Positions 28,335-38,421 are shown, counted from the first letter of the stretch. The stretch is DNA of 64,000 nt from Patescibacteria group bacterium (GCA_041649575.1 JBAZMW010000002.1:148487-212486); one strand, 5' to 3'. A program made the numbers and translations. Notes: generated by a model not told the origin, from the letters alone.

Positions 28335-28510
28335 TAAAGTGGTCGGTTGACGGGAATGACAGCCCCAAAAGGCCAAGAGTCCAGGGAAAGGTACTAGGAG
28401 CACTGACCGCTTTGAAAGCAACCGTCTAGCAAGTAAGCCAGAAGGCCTGGCTGGACGATTCTGTCGACCGATTCCGGGGAGCTCGCGGAGGCAAAAGCGG
28501 CTCCCCTTTA
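28335..28510 (+). ncRNA. Candidate GC-rich small RNA or leader upstream of lysS, with its own terminator
   Basis: ~175-nt ORF-free GC-rich island in an AT-rich spacer. Long-range pair agtccag/ctggact. Ends ggggagc..gctcccc followed by TTTAT. Confidence 0.3.
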
Positions 28511-28570
28511 TCGATCTTGATTATTTAATCCTTTTTTTGTAAAATTAAAACATTAAACCATTCCCAATTT

Positions 28571-30067
28571 ATGCCAGAAGACAAAAATAAGACCGATTTA
28601 GACGAACGCAAAATGCGCTTGAAGCGCTTGGAAAATATCAAAAAATCGGGCAGCAATCCGTATCCGGAAAAATTTGACAAACAACAAACACTGGCCGACG
28701 CCAAAACTCTAAAAGAGGGGACCGAGGTCAAAACCGCCGGCCGCATTCTTACCATTCGCGACATGGGCAAAATTATTTTTTGCCATTTGCAAGATTTTAG
28801 CGGTAAGTTACAAGTTGTTTTGAAAGAAGATGAGGTTGGCAAAGAAAAATTAAAATGGTTTTTGGATAATTTTGATCTGGGCGATTTTGTCGGCGTGGCC
28901 GGCGAGATTTTCACCACCAAAAAAGGTGAGATCTCCATTTTGGTTAAAAAATACGATTTTTTGGGCAAAGCGCTGTTGCCTTTGCCGGAGAAATGGCATG
29001 GCCTTAAAGACGCGGAGCTTATCTATCGCCAAAGATACTTGGATTTGGTAGCCAATGAAGAATCGATGGCGCGCTTCAAATTACGTTCAGAAATTGTCAA
29101 GGCGCTGCGCGAGTTTTATTGGGGCAGGGGATTTATCGAGGTAGAAACGCCGATTCTCTGCAATACCGCCTCCGGCGCTATTGCCAAGCCGTTTGTCACT
29201 CATTACAACGCTTTGGATTTGGACGTCTATTTGCGTATTGCTCCGGAAATTTATCTCAAAGAATGCATTATCGGCGGACTGGAAAAGGTTTTTGAAATTG
29301 GCCGCTGTTTCAGAAATGAGGGCATGGATCCGTCGCATCTGCAGGATTTTACCATGGTGGAGCATTACGCGGCTTATTGGAATTATGAGGACAACATGAA
29401 GTTCACCGAAGAATTGATTTGCCATCTCCTGGATAAATTTTTCGGCGGCCGAAAAATAAAAATCAAGGATCGAAAAGGGGAGCTAAAAGAAGTCGATTTT
29501 ATGCCGCCTTGGCCGCGGGTGAGTCTGCGGGAACTGATAAAAAAAGACAGCGGTATCGATATTGACAGAGCCGTCACCGCCGAAGAATTGGCTAAAGAAA
29601 TAAAAAAGAAAAAAATTGAAATCGAAGGCGCCGAAAGGTTGAGCCGCGGCGGCTTGATCGACTCTTTGTACAAGCAGGTTTCTCGGTCCAAGCTGATTCA
29701 GCCGACTTTTTTAATCCAGCATCCGCTCGATTTGTCGCCACTGGCTCGGCGCAGCGACGACAATCCGGCCGTTGTCGATCGTTTTCAGCTGATTGTAAAT
29801 ACCTGGGAGCTTTGCAATGCTTATTCAGAATTAGTCGACCCGCTGGATCAGAAAGAAAGATTCGAAAAACAGTCAGTCGCCAAGGACGCTGGCGATAGCG
29901 AGGCCCATGGCAAAGACGATGAATTTGTGGAGGCCCTGGAGCATGGCGCGCCGCCAATTTCCGGCTGGGGTCTGGGCGTTGATCGTTTGGTGGCCTTGCT
30001 GACTCAACAGGATAATTTGCGGGATGTTGTTTTGTTTCCCCTTATGCGACCCCAAAATAAAGAATAA
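28571..30067 (+). CDS. lysS: Lysine--tRNA ligase (class II)
   Basis: N-terminal OB anticodon-binding domain. Class II motifs FIEVETPIL, FRNEG and GLGVDRLV. Confidence 0.9.
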   Translation: MPEDKNKTDLDERKMRLKRLENIKKSGSNPYPEKFDKQQTLADAKTLKEGTEVKTAGRILTIRDMGKIIFCHLQDFSGKLQVVLKEDEVGKEKLKWFLDNFDLGDFVGVAGEIFTTKKGEISILVKKYDFLGKALLPLPEKWHGLKDAELIYRQRYLDLVANEESMARFKLRSEIVKALREFYWGRGFIEVETPILCNTASGAIAKPFVTHYNALDLDVYLRIAPEIYLKECIIGGLEKVFEIGRCFRNEGMDPSHLQDFTMVEHYAAYWNYEDNMKFTEELICHLLDKFFGGRKIKIKDRKGELKEVDFMPPWPRVSLRELIKKDSGIDIDRAVTAEELAKEIKKKKIEIEGAERLSRGGLIDSLYKQVSRSKLIQPTFLIQHPLDLSPLARRSDDNPAVVDRFQLIVNTWELCNAYSELVDPLDQKERFEKQSVAKDAGDSEAHGKDDEFVEALEHGAPPISGWGLGVDRLVALLTQQDNLRDVVLFPLMRPQNKE

Positions 30068-30083
30068 AAAATAATTTAAGTTT

Positions 30084-30650
30084 ATGAAAAGAAAAAAAAT
30101 TATAGTAGTTATTATCATTGTAATCATCATTGTCGTTATTACTTTGTTTTTTATTTTTTTAAAACCACTTTCTTCTTACTTTAAATCGAAAATCCTGGAT
30201 TATCAAGAGAGCCAATGTGAGAAGCAAAACGGATTATGGTCGTGTAATGAGTCGTTTGGTGGCTGCATGGGTGGTTATGCGTGTATTTTGCCTTTTAAAG
30301 ACGCCAGAAAGCCGTGTCAGAATCCAGGTCAATGCTCAGGCAAACATTGTATTTTGTCAGATGAGCAGTTGAATCAACTAAAAGTAGTACATATAAACGG
30401 ATTTTTTTATTCTTATTTTAGCAGTCAGAAAGTTCCGGTTTTTCATTCAGAATTGTGCCCGTCTTGTACCTTAGAATTTGATCCATTATATGCTACGAAA
30501 TATGAAGAGTGGCCTGAAATTATGGACTTGCCGTCGGGTTTTAGTAATCAAGGGGTTTGTATCTCTTATCCGATGGGAAATTGTGATGGAATTTTGGAAA
30601 TGGATAATAATAAAATTAAAATATTAGCTAATGAATGTCTTTTTTACTAA
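30084..30650 (+). CDS. Membrane-anchored Cys-rich (13 Cys) extracytoplasmic protein, hypothetical
   Basis: Poly-Ile/Val TM anchor followed by a domain with many Cys pairs (CEKQNGLWSC, CQNPGQCSGKHC). Confidence 0.4.
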   Translation: MKRKKIIVVIIIVIIIVVITLFFIFLKPLSSYFKSKILDYQESQCEKQNGLWSCNESFGGCMGGYACILPFKDARKPCQNPGQCSGKHCILSDEQLNQLKVVHINGFFYSYFSSQKVPVFHSELCPSCTLEFDPLYATKYEEWPEIMDLPSGFSNQGVCISYPMGNCDGILEMDNNKIKILANECLFY

Positions 30651-30651
30651 T

Positions 30652-31110
30652 ATGAAAAAACTTTTTTTTCTCCTCTTGCCGGCTGCGGTTTTAGTTTTAG
30701 CCGGTTGCGGCTCCCAGCAACCCAACGCCAACACTATCGGCGGAGTTTTGGATTTAAGTAAATCGGCCCAGGAAATACAGAAAGACAGTGCCAGCCAGTC
30801 GGCTGTCACCTCCGAGGATAACGTGGACAACATCTATAAATTCTATAATTTGAACAATCAGGTCAAGGATGAAGCGGCTGCCAAAGACGCCATCAGCCAA
30901 GGCCTGGCAGACGGCAAAAATCAGACGGAATTAAATAAAACCCTGGCCAGAGACAAAGATTTTGGTTCGGCCTATCTTTTGGGCTACACCTTTGGCTGTA
31001 AAGCCACCGGCAAAGCCGAAACGGATTGCCAAAACGAGATGGGGCAGAAGCTCTCGGAAATCATGGTGGAGGATCTGCAAAATCAAATTCCCGGCGCCAC
31101 GCAGCAATAA
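30652..31110 (+). CDS. Lipoprotein, hypothetical
   Basis: Signal peptide with lipobox LAGC (MKKLFFLLLPAAVLVLAGCGS). Confidence 0.5.
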   Translation: MKKLFFLLLPAAVLVLAGCGSQQPNANTIGGVLDLSKSAQEIQKDSASQSAVTSEDNVDNIYKFYNLNNQVKDEAAAKDAISQGLADGKNQTELNKTLARDKDFGSAYLLGYTFGCKATGKAETDCQNEMGQKLSEIMVEDLQNQIPGATQQ

Positions 31111-31125
31111 TTTTATAATAAAAAT

Positions 31126-32379
31126 ATGTTAGACATTAACAAAATTAGAAACGAACTGGAGGAAGTCAAAAAAGCCCTAGCTAAAAGAATGCCACTAGCC
31201 GCTATTGATAGCGCTTTCAAAAAAATAATTACGCTTGACAATGAGCGGCGTGAACTCTTAAAAAAATCAGAAGAACTAAAATCAGAGAGAAATATTGCCA
31301 GTAAAACCAAGCCCACTCCGAAAATTATTGCCAAAATGAAAGCGGTGGGCGAGGAGATTCAGGGATTTGATGAAAAGTTAAAAAAAGTGGAATCAAATTT
31401 TAACGAAGCTATGGCCGAGCTGCCCAATATTCCGGCTGCTGATGTCCTGCCGGGTGGCAAAGAAAATAATCGGGTCATCAAGACCTTTGGCGAAAAGAGG
31501 GAATTCAATTTTACACCCAAAGATCATTACGATTTAGCTGTAGCTTTAGATATTATTGATTATGAACGCGCCGTCAAAATGTCTGGTTCCGGTTTTTGGA
31601 TTTACAAAGGTGCCGGCGCCATTTTGGAATGGGCCATTTTATCGTATTTTATAAAATTCCATCAGGCTAATGGCTATATTTTCATGATCCCGCCCTTTTT
31701 GCTCACCGAGCAGTCAGCTTATACTTCCGGCCACCTGCCTAAATTCAGAGACGATTTATTTTGGACTCAAGACAAGCAGTGTCTCAATGCCACCAGCGAA
31801 ATGATGTTGGGCAATTACCATCGTGACGAAATTATTCCCGAGCAGTCGTTGCCTCTTAAATATTGCGCTTACTCGGCTTGTTTCCGGCGTGAAGCCGGCA
31901 GTTACCGCAAAGAAGAAAGGGGAATGATCCGCGGCCATCAATTTAATAAAATAGAAATGTTCCATTATACTCGGCCAGAGCAATCCTGGGATAGTTTTGC
32001 CGAGCTGGTGGCCAGTGCCGAGAAATTAGTTGAGGGTCTAGGTCTGCATTATCAATCAGTACAATTAGCAGCCGAAGACGCCAGCGCCGCCATGGCCAAA
32101 ACCATTGATGTAGAGGCCTGGATTCCTAGTATGGCTAGTTATAAAGAGGTAAGCAGTGTTTCCAATGCGCTTGATTACCAGGCCAGGCGAGGCAATGTGC
32201 GTTACAAAAATAAGGAAACAGGCAAAAATGAATTTGTTCATACTCTAAATGCCTCTGGTTTGGCCACTAGCCGTTTGATTCCGGCAATTTTGGAACAACT
32301 CCAGAACGCGGACGGCTCGGTGGACGTGCCAGAAGTTTTGCAGCCATTCTGCGGTTTTGATAAAATTTTCAAGTGCTAA
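31126..32379 (+). CDS. serS: Serine--tRNA ligase
   Basis: N-terminal coiled-coil arm. Class II core with FRREAGS and GLATSR. Confidence 0.9.
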   Translation: MLDINKIRNELEEVKKALAKRMPLAAIDSAFKKIITLDNERRELLKKSEELKSERNIASKTKPTPKIIAKMKAVGEEIQGFDEKLKKVESNFNEAMAELPNIPAADVLPGGKENNRVIKTFGEKREFNFTPKDHYDLAVALDIIDYERAVKMSGSGFWIYKGAGAILEWAILSYFIKFHQANGYIFMIPPFLLTEQSAYTSGHLPKFRDDLFWTQDKQCLNATSEMMLGNYHRDEIIPEQSLPLKYCAYSACFRREAGSYRKEERGMIRGHQFNKIEMFHYTRPEQSWDSFAELVASAEKLVEGLGLHYQSVQLAAEDASAAMAKTIDVEAWIPSMASYKEVSSVSNALDYQARRGNVRYKNKETGKNEFVHTLNASGLATSRLIPAILEQLQNADGSVDVPEVLQPFCGFDKIFKC

Positions 32380-32452
32380 GTTTTAAATGAAAATAAAACG
32401 AGCTGGCCGAATCGTGTTGATTCAGCCAGCTCGGTTGTAGCGTGGTGGCTTA

Positions 32453-32950
32453 CTATCTGAGGTGTAGAGCTTTCACCTCCGGTCCCTCACCGAAACACTT
32501 GCGTCCCGCCGGTGACCCCGCAAGAAGCCGCAGACTGCAGGTTCGCTTGGCTTTCTCGACTTCCTCCATCAGGATTTGCAGTACGTAGAGGAGTCGGTCG
32601 ACCGAGATCAACCTGGTCTTCAACTGCACACTTTCGGTCTCCACGTCGATACTGCCGACATGTTGCATCCGCCGCGTGACTTGCAGTTTGGGTCTGCGGC
32701 CCTCGACGGCTTTGACCGCCTCCCGTGTCAAGACGATGACGTCAGAGCAGTTGAACTCCGATTCCCTCAGTCGTCGGCCGAATTCCCGGATGTGTTTTCC
32801 GTCCGTGCCGGATTCGCCATCCGGGTCAGGCATTTCGAACAGGAACATACGCTCCAAGGCTCTCCGCAGGTCATCTCGTGGGTCGATCCCGACGCTCCTC
32901 TCTTCTTCCGACAACTCTTGTTCTCCCATTTCTGGCTTACCTTTCAGCAT
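32453..32950 (-). CDS. Hypothetical protein (165 aa), high-GC, acidic
   Basis: On the minus strand: consensus promoter (TTGACA-17-GTATAAT, plus-strand 33019-33048), GAGGAG SD and ATG. Terminator hairpin cgagctggc..gccagctcg plus T-run at 32400-32440. Confidence 0.5.
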   Translation of the reverse strand: MLKGKPEMGEQELSEEERSVGIDPRDDLRRALERMFLFEMPDPDGESGTDGKHIREFGRRLRESEFNCSDVIVLTREAVKAVEGRRPKLQVTRRMQHVGSIDVETESVQLKTRLISVDRLLYVLQILMEEVEKAKRTCSLRLLAGSPAGRKCFGEGPEVKALHLR

Positions 32951-33042
32951 ATGTTTCCTCGCTCCTCAATGTTTTCCACCATAGTCCTAGCAAGCCACCG
33001 TTGCTAAGGTACTAATTATATTATACCCCATAAACCCAAAAC

Positions 33043-33900
33043 TTGTCAAGAGAAATGATAGAAGACAAAAACCAATTTAATTACCGGCCGAAAATTCAGG
33101 TCAAAAAGGATTATTACCGCCAGCGCTTTATCAATCCTTATTTTAATAAGGATAAAAAAAATAAATACCAGGGTTTCAACACCAGATTTTATCTAAAAAT
33201 TTTAGTGGCGGTTTTTTTGTTGTACCTGATAGTTTACAGTGATTTATTCAAGATAGGGGAGATAAGCATTTCCGGCACCGATATGATCAGCCAAACCGAA
33301 TTTCGGCAAATGGTGGAAAAGGAAATAAATACCTGGCGTTGGCATTTTTGGCCGCAGAGGAACCAGCTTTTGCTTAGTAAAAAACGATTGGCGCAAAAGA
33401 TCACCAGCCAATACAGTCTTAGTAAGCTGGAAATAAAAAAGGGTTGGCGCCGGCTGCAAATCAATCTGGAAGAAAAAATTTCTTACCTGATGGTTTTTAA
33501 TCGCGGCAAGTTTTACTTTACCGACGCCTGGGGCAATGTCACCCGGGAAATTTCTCCGGAGGAAGCCCAAAAATACTGGACCAGATTTCCCATTTTAAAC
33601 ACCGACCAAGAACGGGTCGATATCGGCAGCCAGATAACTTCCGAAAAAATGGTTAATTTCATTTTGGCTCTCAGTGGAAAGATAAAAGAAATGAAGCTGG
33701 CCATCTCTGGCTACGAGAGTCGGGGACAGGAGGAAGTGTCTCTGGTGGCCAAAGCCGGCTGGCGGGCTTATTTTGATATTGACTCCGATGTTGCCAAGTC
33801 CGTGGAAAACTTGGAATTGGTACTGAAAGAAAAAATCAAAGACCAGAAAAATTTGCAATATATTGATTTACGTTTCGGCGATAAGATTTATTACAAATAG
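33043..33900 (+). CDS. FtsQ/DivIB-like cell division protein (TM anchor plus POTRA)
   Basis: Single TM helix (ILVAVFLLYLIVY) followed by a POTRA-like region IGEISISGTDMISQTEF. Confidence 0.5.
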   Translation: MSREMIEDKNQFNYRPKIQVKKDYYRQRFINPYFNKDKKNKYQGFNTRFYLKILVAVFLLYLIVYSDLFKIGEISISGTDMISQTEFRQMVEKEINTWRWHFWPQRNQLLLSKKRLAQKITSQYSLSKLEIKKGWRRLQINLEEKISYLMVFNRGKFYFTDAWGNVTREISPEEAQKYWTRFPILNTDQERVDIGSQITSEKMVNFILALSGKIKEMKLAISGYESRGQEEVSLVAKAGWRAYFDIDSDVAKSVENLELVLKEKIKDQKNLQYIDLRFGDKIYYK

Positions 33901-34002
33901 AGGAGTGGGGATAACTGTAATTGTTTGTTTATCCTTTTTATTTTATAATACCTTTAATGTCGCATAATATAGCTTAAGCGATAATAAAGCAAGTAATTAA
34001 TC

Positions 34003-34968
34003 ATGAAGAAATCAAATCTGCCTATTCTCAGTCAGTTTTCGGACTTTCTGGCCTATTGCGAGGTAGAAAAAGGTCTTAGCCCCATTTCTACCAGAAATTA
34101 CCACAATTTTTTGAGAATGTTCGAAGGTTGGCTAAAAATCAAACATTTAACGCAGCTCAAGCCGCATGAGCTCACTCCAGAGCATGTCTGGGACTACCGG
34201 CTTTATCTTTCCCGTCGGCAAGACCGCTCTGGTCGCTATATCAAAAAAACCACTCAAAATTATTATTTAATCGCCCTTAGGAACCTTTTGAACTACTTCG
34301 CCGATAAAGATATTATCTCTTTGCCTTCAGAAAAAGTTAAATTACCAAAATTAACCGAAAAAGACAAAGCGATAAAGTTTCTAAAGTTTGATCAGATAGA
34401 AAAGTTATTACAGGTGCCGGATGTCACCACTCTTGAAGGCCTAAGGGACAGAACGATTCTCGAAATTCTCTTCTCTACTGGTATGCGGGTTTCGGAGTTA
34501 ACGTCGCTTAATATCAAACAGTTTGATCGCCTAGCTTTACTAAAAAATAATTTTTCTGATCAAGAGTTAAGCATCGCTGGTAAAGGTGGTAGAACAAGAA
34601 CGGTTTATTTTTCTCATCGAGCTTTGGGTTGGCTGGCTAGATACTTAAAAAACAGAAACGACCTCTATCCCCCGCTTTTTATTAACTATCGTCCCCATAA
34701 TGACAGAGATGACGAGCACCGTTTAACGCCTCGTTCGGTTGAAAGATTGGTAAAAAGACACACCGTGATGGCCGGGTTGCCTGTTGATGCCACGCCGCAC
34801 ACCCTGCGTCATAGCTATGCCACGGATTTATTGGATCAGGGAGCAGATTTGCGCAGTGTCCAGGAGCTTTTGGGGCATAAAAATATTGTTACCACTCAAA
34901 TTTATACTCACGTCACCAATCAAAAGCTTCGCTCCATTCATAAAAAATTTCATAGTGGCAATCATTGA
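34003..34968 (+). CDS. Tyrosine-type site-specific recombinase (XerC/XerD-like)
   Basis: C-terminal catalytic box HTLRHSYATDLLDQGADLRSVQELLGHKNIVTTQIYTHV (R..H..R..Y). Confidence 0.85.
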   Translation: MKKSNLPILSQFSDFLAYCEVEKGLSPISTRNYHNFLRMFEGWLKIKHLTQLKPHELTPEHVWDYRLYLSRRQDRSGRYIKKTTQNYYLIALRNLLNYFADKDIISLPSEKVKLPKLTEKDKAIKFLKFDQIEKLLQVPDVTTLEGLRDRTILEILFSTGMRVSELTSLNIKQFDRLALLKNNFSDQELSIAGKGGRTRTVYFSHRALGWLARYLKNRNDLYPPLFINYRPHNDRDDEHRLTPRSVERLVKRHTVMAGLPVDATPHTLRHSYATDLLDQGADLRSVQELLGHKNIVTTQIYTHVTNQKLRSIHKKFHSGNH

Positions 34969-34971
34969 AAT

Positions 34972-35006
34972 AAAAACTACGTCCCGATAACCGGGACGGA
35001 GTTTTT
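34972..35006. terminator. Bidirectional intrinsic terminator
   Basis: aaaaac-gtcccg-ataacc-cgggac-ggagttttt, with A-run and T-run on either side. Confidence 0.6.
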
Positions 35007-35029
35007 CAGAGAATAAAATCGTCTTTTGT

Positions 35030-35158
35030 TTATTCTTTCTCTTTGCAACCGCAGCCGCAACCGGCCCCGCAGGAACAGCAATGAAAACAAACCTCCGGCT
35101 CGCAGGAACAGCGGGTTTCTTCGTCTATGGGCATCTCGCATTTAGCGCATTTATCCAT
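35030..35158 (-). CDS. Unannotated 42-aa peptide with 12 Cys (metallothionein-like or RiPP-precursor-like)
   Basis: Hand translation of the minus strand gives MDKCAKCEMPIDEETRCSCEPEVCFHCCSCGAGCGCGCKEKE. It lies 39 nt downstream of the M23 peptidase gene on the same strand, before the terminator. No SD. Confidence 0.35.
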   Translation of the reverse strand: MDKCAKCEMPIDEETRCSCEPEVCFHCCSCGAGCGCGCKEKE

Positions 35159-35197
35159 AAAATTTGGTTAATTATTTAATAATATCTAATTTCTAGT

Positions 35198-36451
35198 TTA
35201 AGGCAAGTAGGTCGAGGGGCTGACTGGGATGCCATTAGAGCGCACCTCGAAATGTAAATGGGGACCGGTAGAAAATCCCGTGTTGCCGCTGTAACCGATA
35301 ATTTGTCCTTTGGTGACATATTGATCACCTTTAACATTAATACTGCTTAAATGGCCATATAGAGTCGAGAGATTGTTGTTATGAATGATCATGACGTAGG
35401 TGCCATACCAGCGGGTGTTGGCGGCTACTTTGGCCACATAGCCGGATTCGGCCGCTTTTACTGGTGTGCCGATTTTGGCCGCTAGGTCGATTCCCGAATG
35501 TTCAAAGAGATTACGAAACGGGTAATCGGGATCATGAAAATAACAAGTAATCCGGGGATTGTTAATGGGCCAGATCAAAGCGGCTTCTCCCAGAGAATTA
35601 AATTTTTCCTGACTCCCCTTTTTTTCCAGCTCTTGTCGAATTTTTCTTTCCAAGGCGGCGATTTGATTATTGGCCGCCGTTTGTTCTTTTTTGAGATCGG
35701 TAATCAGGTTTTGAAATTTGACCTCCGATTTTTTGGTCTCGACAATCAGATACTGTTTGGCGCCCTTTTGTTCGCCCAGCGCCGTCTTTTCCTGTTCCAG
35801 CTTGTTTAGCAAGTCTGAAAGTTGATCGCGTTCGCCGTTTAATTTTTCTTTTTGCTTGTTCAAAGTTTCTACCAGTTCTTGCACGCGGTTCAGGGTTTTT
35901 TGTAAATCACCTTCTATATTTTCCAAAGCTTTTACCTGATCGAAAAATTCCGAAAAAGAATTGTTGCTTAGTAAAACAAAAAGATAATTTTTGTCGTCAT
36001 AATGATCGAGAGCGCGGATAAAAGCGGCCAGCCGTTCCTTGTCTTTATTGATCATCAGCTCATTTTCTTTGATTTTCAGGCCGATTTTTTCTATTTCCAG
36101 TTCGGTTGATTTAATCTCCTCTTCTTTGGCGGTGATGTCTAGTCCCATTTTGGCGATCTGATTATCCAAAATATAAACTTGATTTTTAAAGTTGGCCGCT
36201 TGGCCCTGGGCTTTTTTGATGCTGTCTTTGTGCTTGTTTATCTCCTCGGCTAATTTGTCTATTTTTTCCTGTTGGGCTTCAATTTGCTTGTTTAAATTGG
36301 CTATCAAAGCTTCATTAGAGCCGGAGTCGCCAGCTGTCTCTTGCGCTCGCCCTATTTCTCTGGACATCAAAAAAACACCGCCAAAAATAATTAACGGCAT
36401 CAAAATTGACGCTAAAATATGATATTTTAGCTTTTTCAGTTCGGCAAGCAT
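35198..36451 (-). CDS. Peptidase M23 family protein with N-terminal coiled coil (EnvC-like)
   Basis: N-terminal TM helix and a long heptad-rich region. C-terminus has HxxxD...TGxSTGPHLHFE M23 motifs. Confidence 0.8.
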   Translation of the reverse strand: MLAELKKLKYHILASILMPLIIFGGVFLMSREIGRAQETAGDSGSNEALIANLNKQIEAQQEKIDKLAEEINKHKDSIKKAQGQAANFKNQVYILDNQIAKMGLDITAKEEEIKSTELEIEKIGLKIKENELMINKDKERLAAFIRALDHYDDKNYLFVLLSNNSFSEFFDQVKALENIEGDLQKTLNRVQELVETLNKQKEKLNGERDQLSDLLNKLEQEKTALGEQKGAKQYLIVETKKSEVKFQNLITDLKKEQTAANNQIAALERKIRQELEKKGSQEKFNSLGEAALIWPINNPRITCYFHDPDYPFRNLFEHSGIDLAAKIGTPVKAAESGYVAKVAANTRWYGTYVMIIHNNNLSTLYGHLSSINVKGDQYVTKGQIIGYSGNTGFSTGPHLHFEVRSNGIPVSPSTYLP

Positions 36452-36500
36452 GGAAAGAAGATTATTTTAATCTTATTCTACAAGAATTATATAACAATTC

Positions 36501-36529
36501 TTGACAAAAATCAATCTCAAAGCTATTAT
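36501..36529 (+). promoter_or_regulatory. Consensus promoter (TTGACA-N17-TATTAT) for high-GC cassette E
   Basis: ttgacaaaaatcaatctcaaagctattatt. Confidence 0.45.
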
Positions 36530-36584
36530 TTTTATTAAGTTGTCCTTTGGCTTTTGGTGAAGTTTCAACAACGGAGGGAGAAAC

Positions 36585-36848
36585 ATGGGACTCGTCGCTC
36601 CTGACACTCGCGGCAACGCGTGCTGGCTGATTAAATGCAACAACTGCGGCCATCAGGCGGCTTGGGATGGCTCCAATGCCGAGCAAACCCTTAGCCTGGC
36701 CGAGAATGATGGTTGGACGGTAACTCGAGGCAAGGGCCCAGGTGAGGTGGTCGCTCTGTGCCCCGAATGCAGGAAGAAACAACAGAAAGTCACTCCAGCC
36801 GCCATTGTCAGCCTGATGGATTTCCGCCAAGCATTGCCCAGGCGGTGA
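36585..36848 (+). CDS. Small zinc-ribbon protein (87 aa), high-GC
   Basis: GGAGGGAG SD. Product CNNCGH...CPEC. Terminator aaggcttg..caagcctt plus T-run at 36878-36925. The antisense ORF 36462..36890 is rejected. Confidence 0.5.
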   Translation: MGLVAPDTRGNACWLIKCNNCGHQAAWDGSNAEQTLSLAENDGWTVTRGKGPGEVVALCPECRKKQQKVTPAAIVSLMDFRQALPRR

Positions 36849-36909
36849 GCCGCGGGAGGTTTCCGAGATTCCCAACGTCAAAGGTTTCAAGGCTTGGACC
36901 GAGCGCGGT

Positions 36910-38418
36910 TCAAGCCTTTTCTGTCTTTAAGCGCTCCAGCGCTTGCCTGATTCTTAGTAAACTTTTTTCTGGTCCCAAAATTTCCGCCACCTCAAACGGC
37001 GTTGGCGATTTTTCCATTCCCGTCAGCGCCACTCTCATCGGCCACAGCACTTCGCCGTTGGTCAGATTGTTTTTAGTGATAAAAGTTTTTAATTTATTTT
37101 CCAATACTCCCCTTTCCCAGTCGCTGGCAGAATATTTTTCCAACTCCTGCAAAGTTAATTGCAAATTTTTTTTAGCCGCTTCCGCGCTAGATTTTTTCCA
37201 GACCAGCAAGCTCGGGTTATAACTTAGCTCAGCGGTAAAGAAAAAATTTATCCTCCCCCCTACTTCGTTCAAGCGGCTAACCCTTTCTTGTTCTAGTTTT
37301 AGTATTTTTTCCAAATCCAAATCAGTTGGCATTTGACCGACATTCTTTTCCAAATACGGCTTGGCTAGTTGGGCAAATTTAGTATTGGTCAGTTTCTTAA
37401 GGTATTCGCCATTGAGCCAGTCTAGTTTGGCTAGATCAAAAATGGCTCCGGCCTTGTGCACCTTGGCCAGAGAAAAAGCCTGAATAAGTTCTGGCAGGAG
37501 AAAAATTTCTTGTTCAGTGCCCGGATTCCAACCCAAAAGCGCCACAAAATTTAGGAGCGCTTCCGGCAAATAGCCTTTGTCGCGGTAATCCTCCACCGCC
37601 ACGTCGCCTTGTCGTTTGGACAGTTTGCTGCGGTCGGCGTTTAAGATCAGAGGCAAATGGGCAAACAGCGGCGGCGTCCAGCCCAAAAATTTGTACAACA
37701 ATAAATGCTTTGGCGTCGAAGACAGCCACTCTTCGCCGCGAATGACATGGGAGATTTTCATCAGATGGTCGTCAACCACCGAAGCCAAGTGATAAGTCGG
37801 AAAGCCATCGGCTTTCAAGATCACTTGGTCGTCTATTTCCCGGCTACGAAATTTTATTTCGCCGCGAATCAAATCATTAAAAACCACTTCTTGATTTTCC
37901 GGCACCTTCATTCTGATGGTGTATTTTTCGCCGGCCGCCAACTTATTTTGCACTTCATCTGGCAACAGATGGCGGCAATGCCAATCATATCTGGTTGGCT
38001 GTTTGGCGGCCTCTTGCTGTCGGCGTAAATTTTCTAACCTTTCCTCACTGCAGAAGCAATAATAGGCCAAACCCTTATTTACTAGCTCGGAGGCGTATTT
38101 CTGATAGATTTCGAGCCTTTTAGACTGCGTGTAGGGCCCAAAATGGCCTTTTTCAACGGCTTTTCCGGCTTTATCGAGTATTACGCCCTCGTCGGGTTTT
38201 AGGCTCGCCCAAGCCAAATTTTTGAGCAAATTTTCTACCGCCCCCGGCACTTCCCTGGTTTGGTCGGTATCTTCGATTCTCAGCACAAAAGACCCTTTAT
38301 TTTGTTTGGCAAAAATATAGGCATAGAGCGCGGTGCGTAGTCCCCCGACATGCAAATAGCCAGTCGGACTCGGCGCAAAGCGGGTGCGGACCTTTAATTT
38401 GTTTAGAAAAGAAAACAT
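36910..38418 (-). CDS. gltX: Glutamate--tRNA ligase
   Basis: RFAPSPTGYLHVGG (HIGH) and KLSKRQG (KMSKS) motifs. Confidence 0.9.
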   Translation of the reverse strand: MFSFLNKLKVRTRFAPSPTGYLHVGGLRTALYAYIFAKQNKGSFVLRIEDTDQTREVPGAVENLLKNLAWASLKPDEGVILDKAGKAVEKGHFGPYTQSKRLEIYQKYASELVNKGLAYYCFCSEERLENLRRQQEAAKQPTRYDWHCRHLLPDEVQNKLAAGEKYTIRMKVPENQEVVFNDLIRGEIKFRSREIDDQVILKADGFPTYHLASVVDDHLMKISHVIRGEEWLSSTPKHLLLYKFLGWTPPLFAHLPLILNADRSKLSKRQGDVAVEDYRDKGYLPEALLNFVALLGWNPGTEQEIFLLPELIQAFSLAKVHKAGAIFDLAKLDWLNGEYLKKLTNTKFAQLAKPYLEKNVGQMPTDLDLEKILKLEQERVSRLNEVGGRINFFFTAELSYNPSLLVWKKSSAEAAKKNLQLTLQELEKYSASDWERGVLENKLKTFITKNNLTNGEVLWPMRVALTGMEKSPTPFEVAEILGPEKSLLRIRQALERLKTEKA

Positions 38419-38421
38419 AAA

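Noticed and set aside
36462-36890. 142-aa minus-strand ORF overlapping the high-GC cassette
   Set aside because: It is an antisense frame of a GC-rich region. The plus-strand 87-aa ORF has an SD, promoter and terminator, and the minus-strand frame has none.
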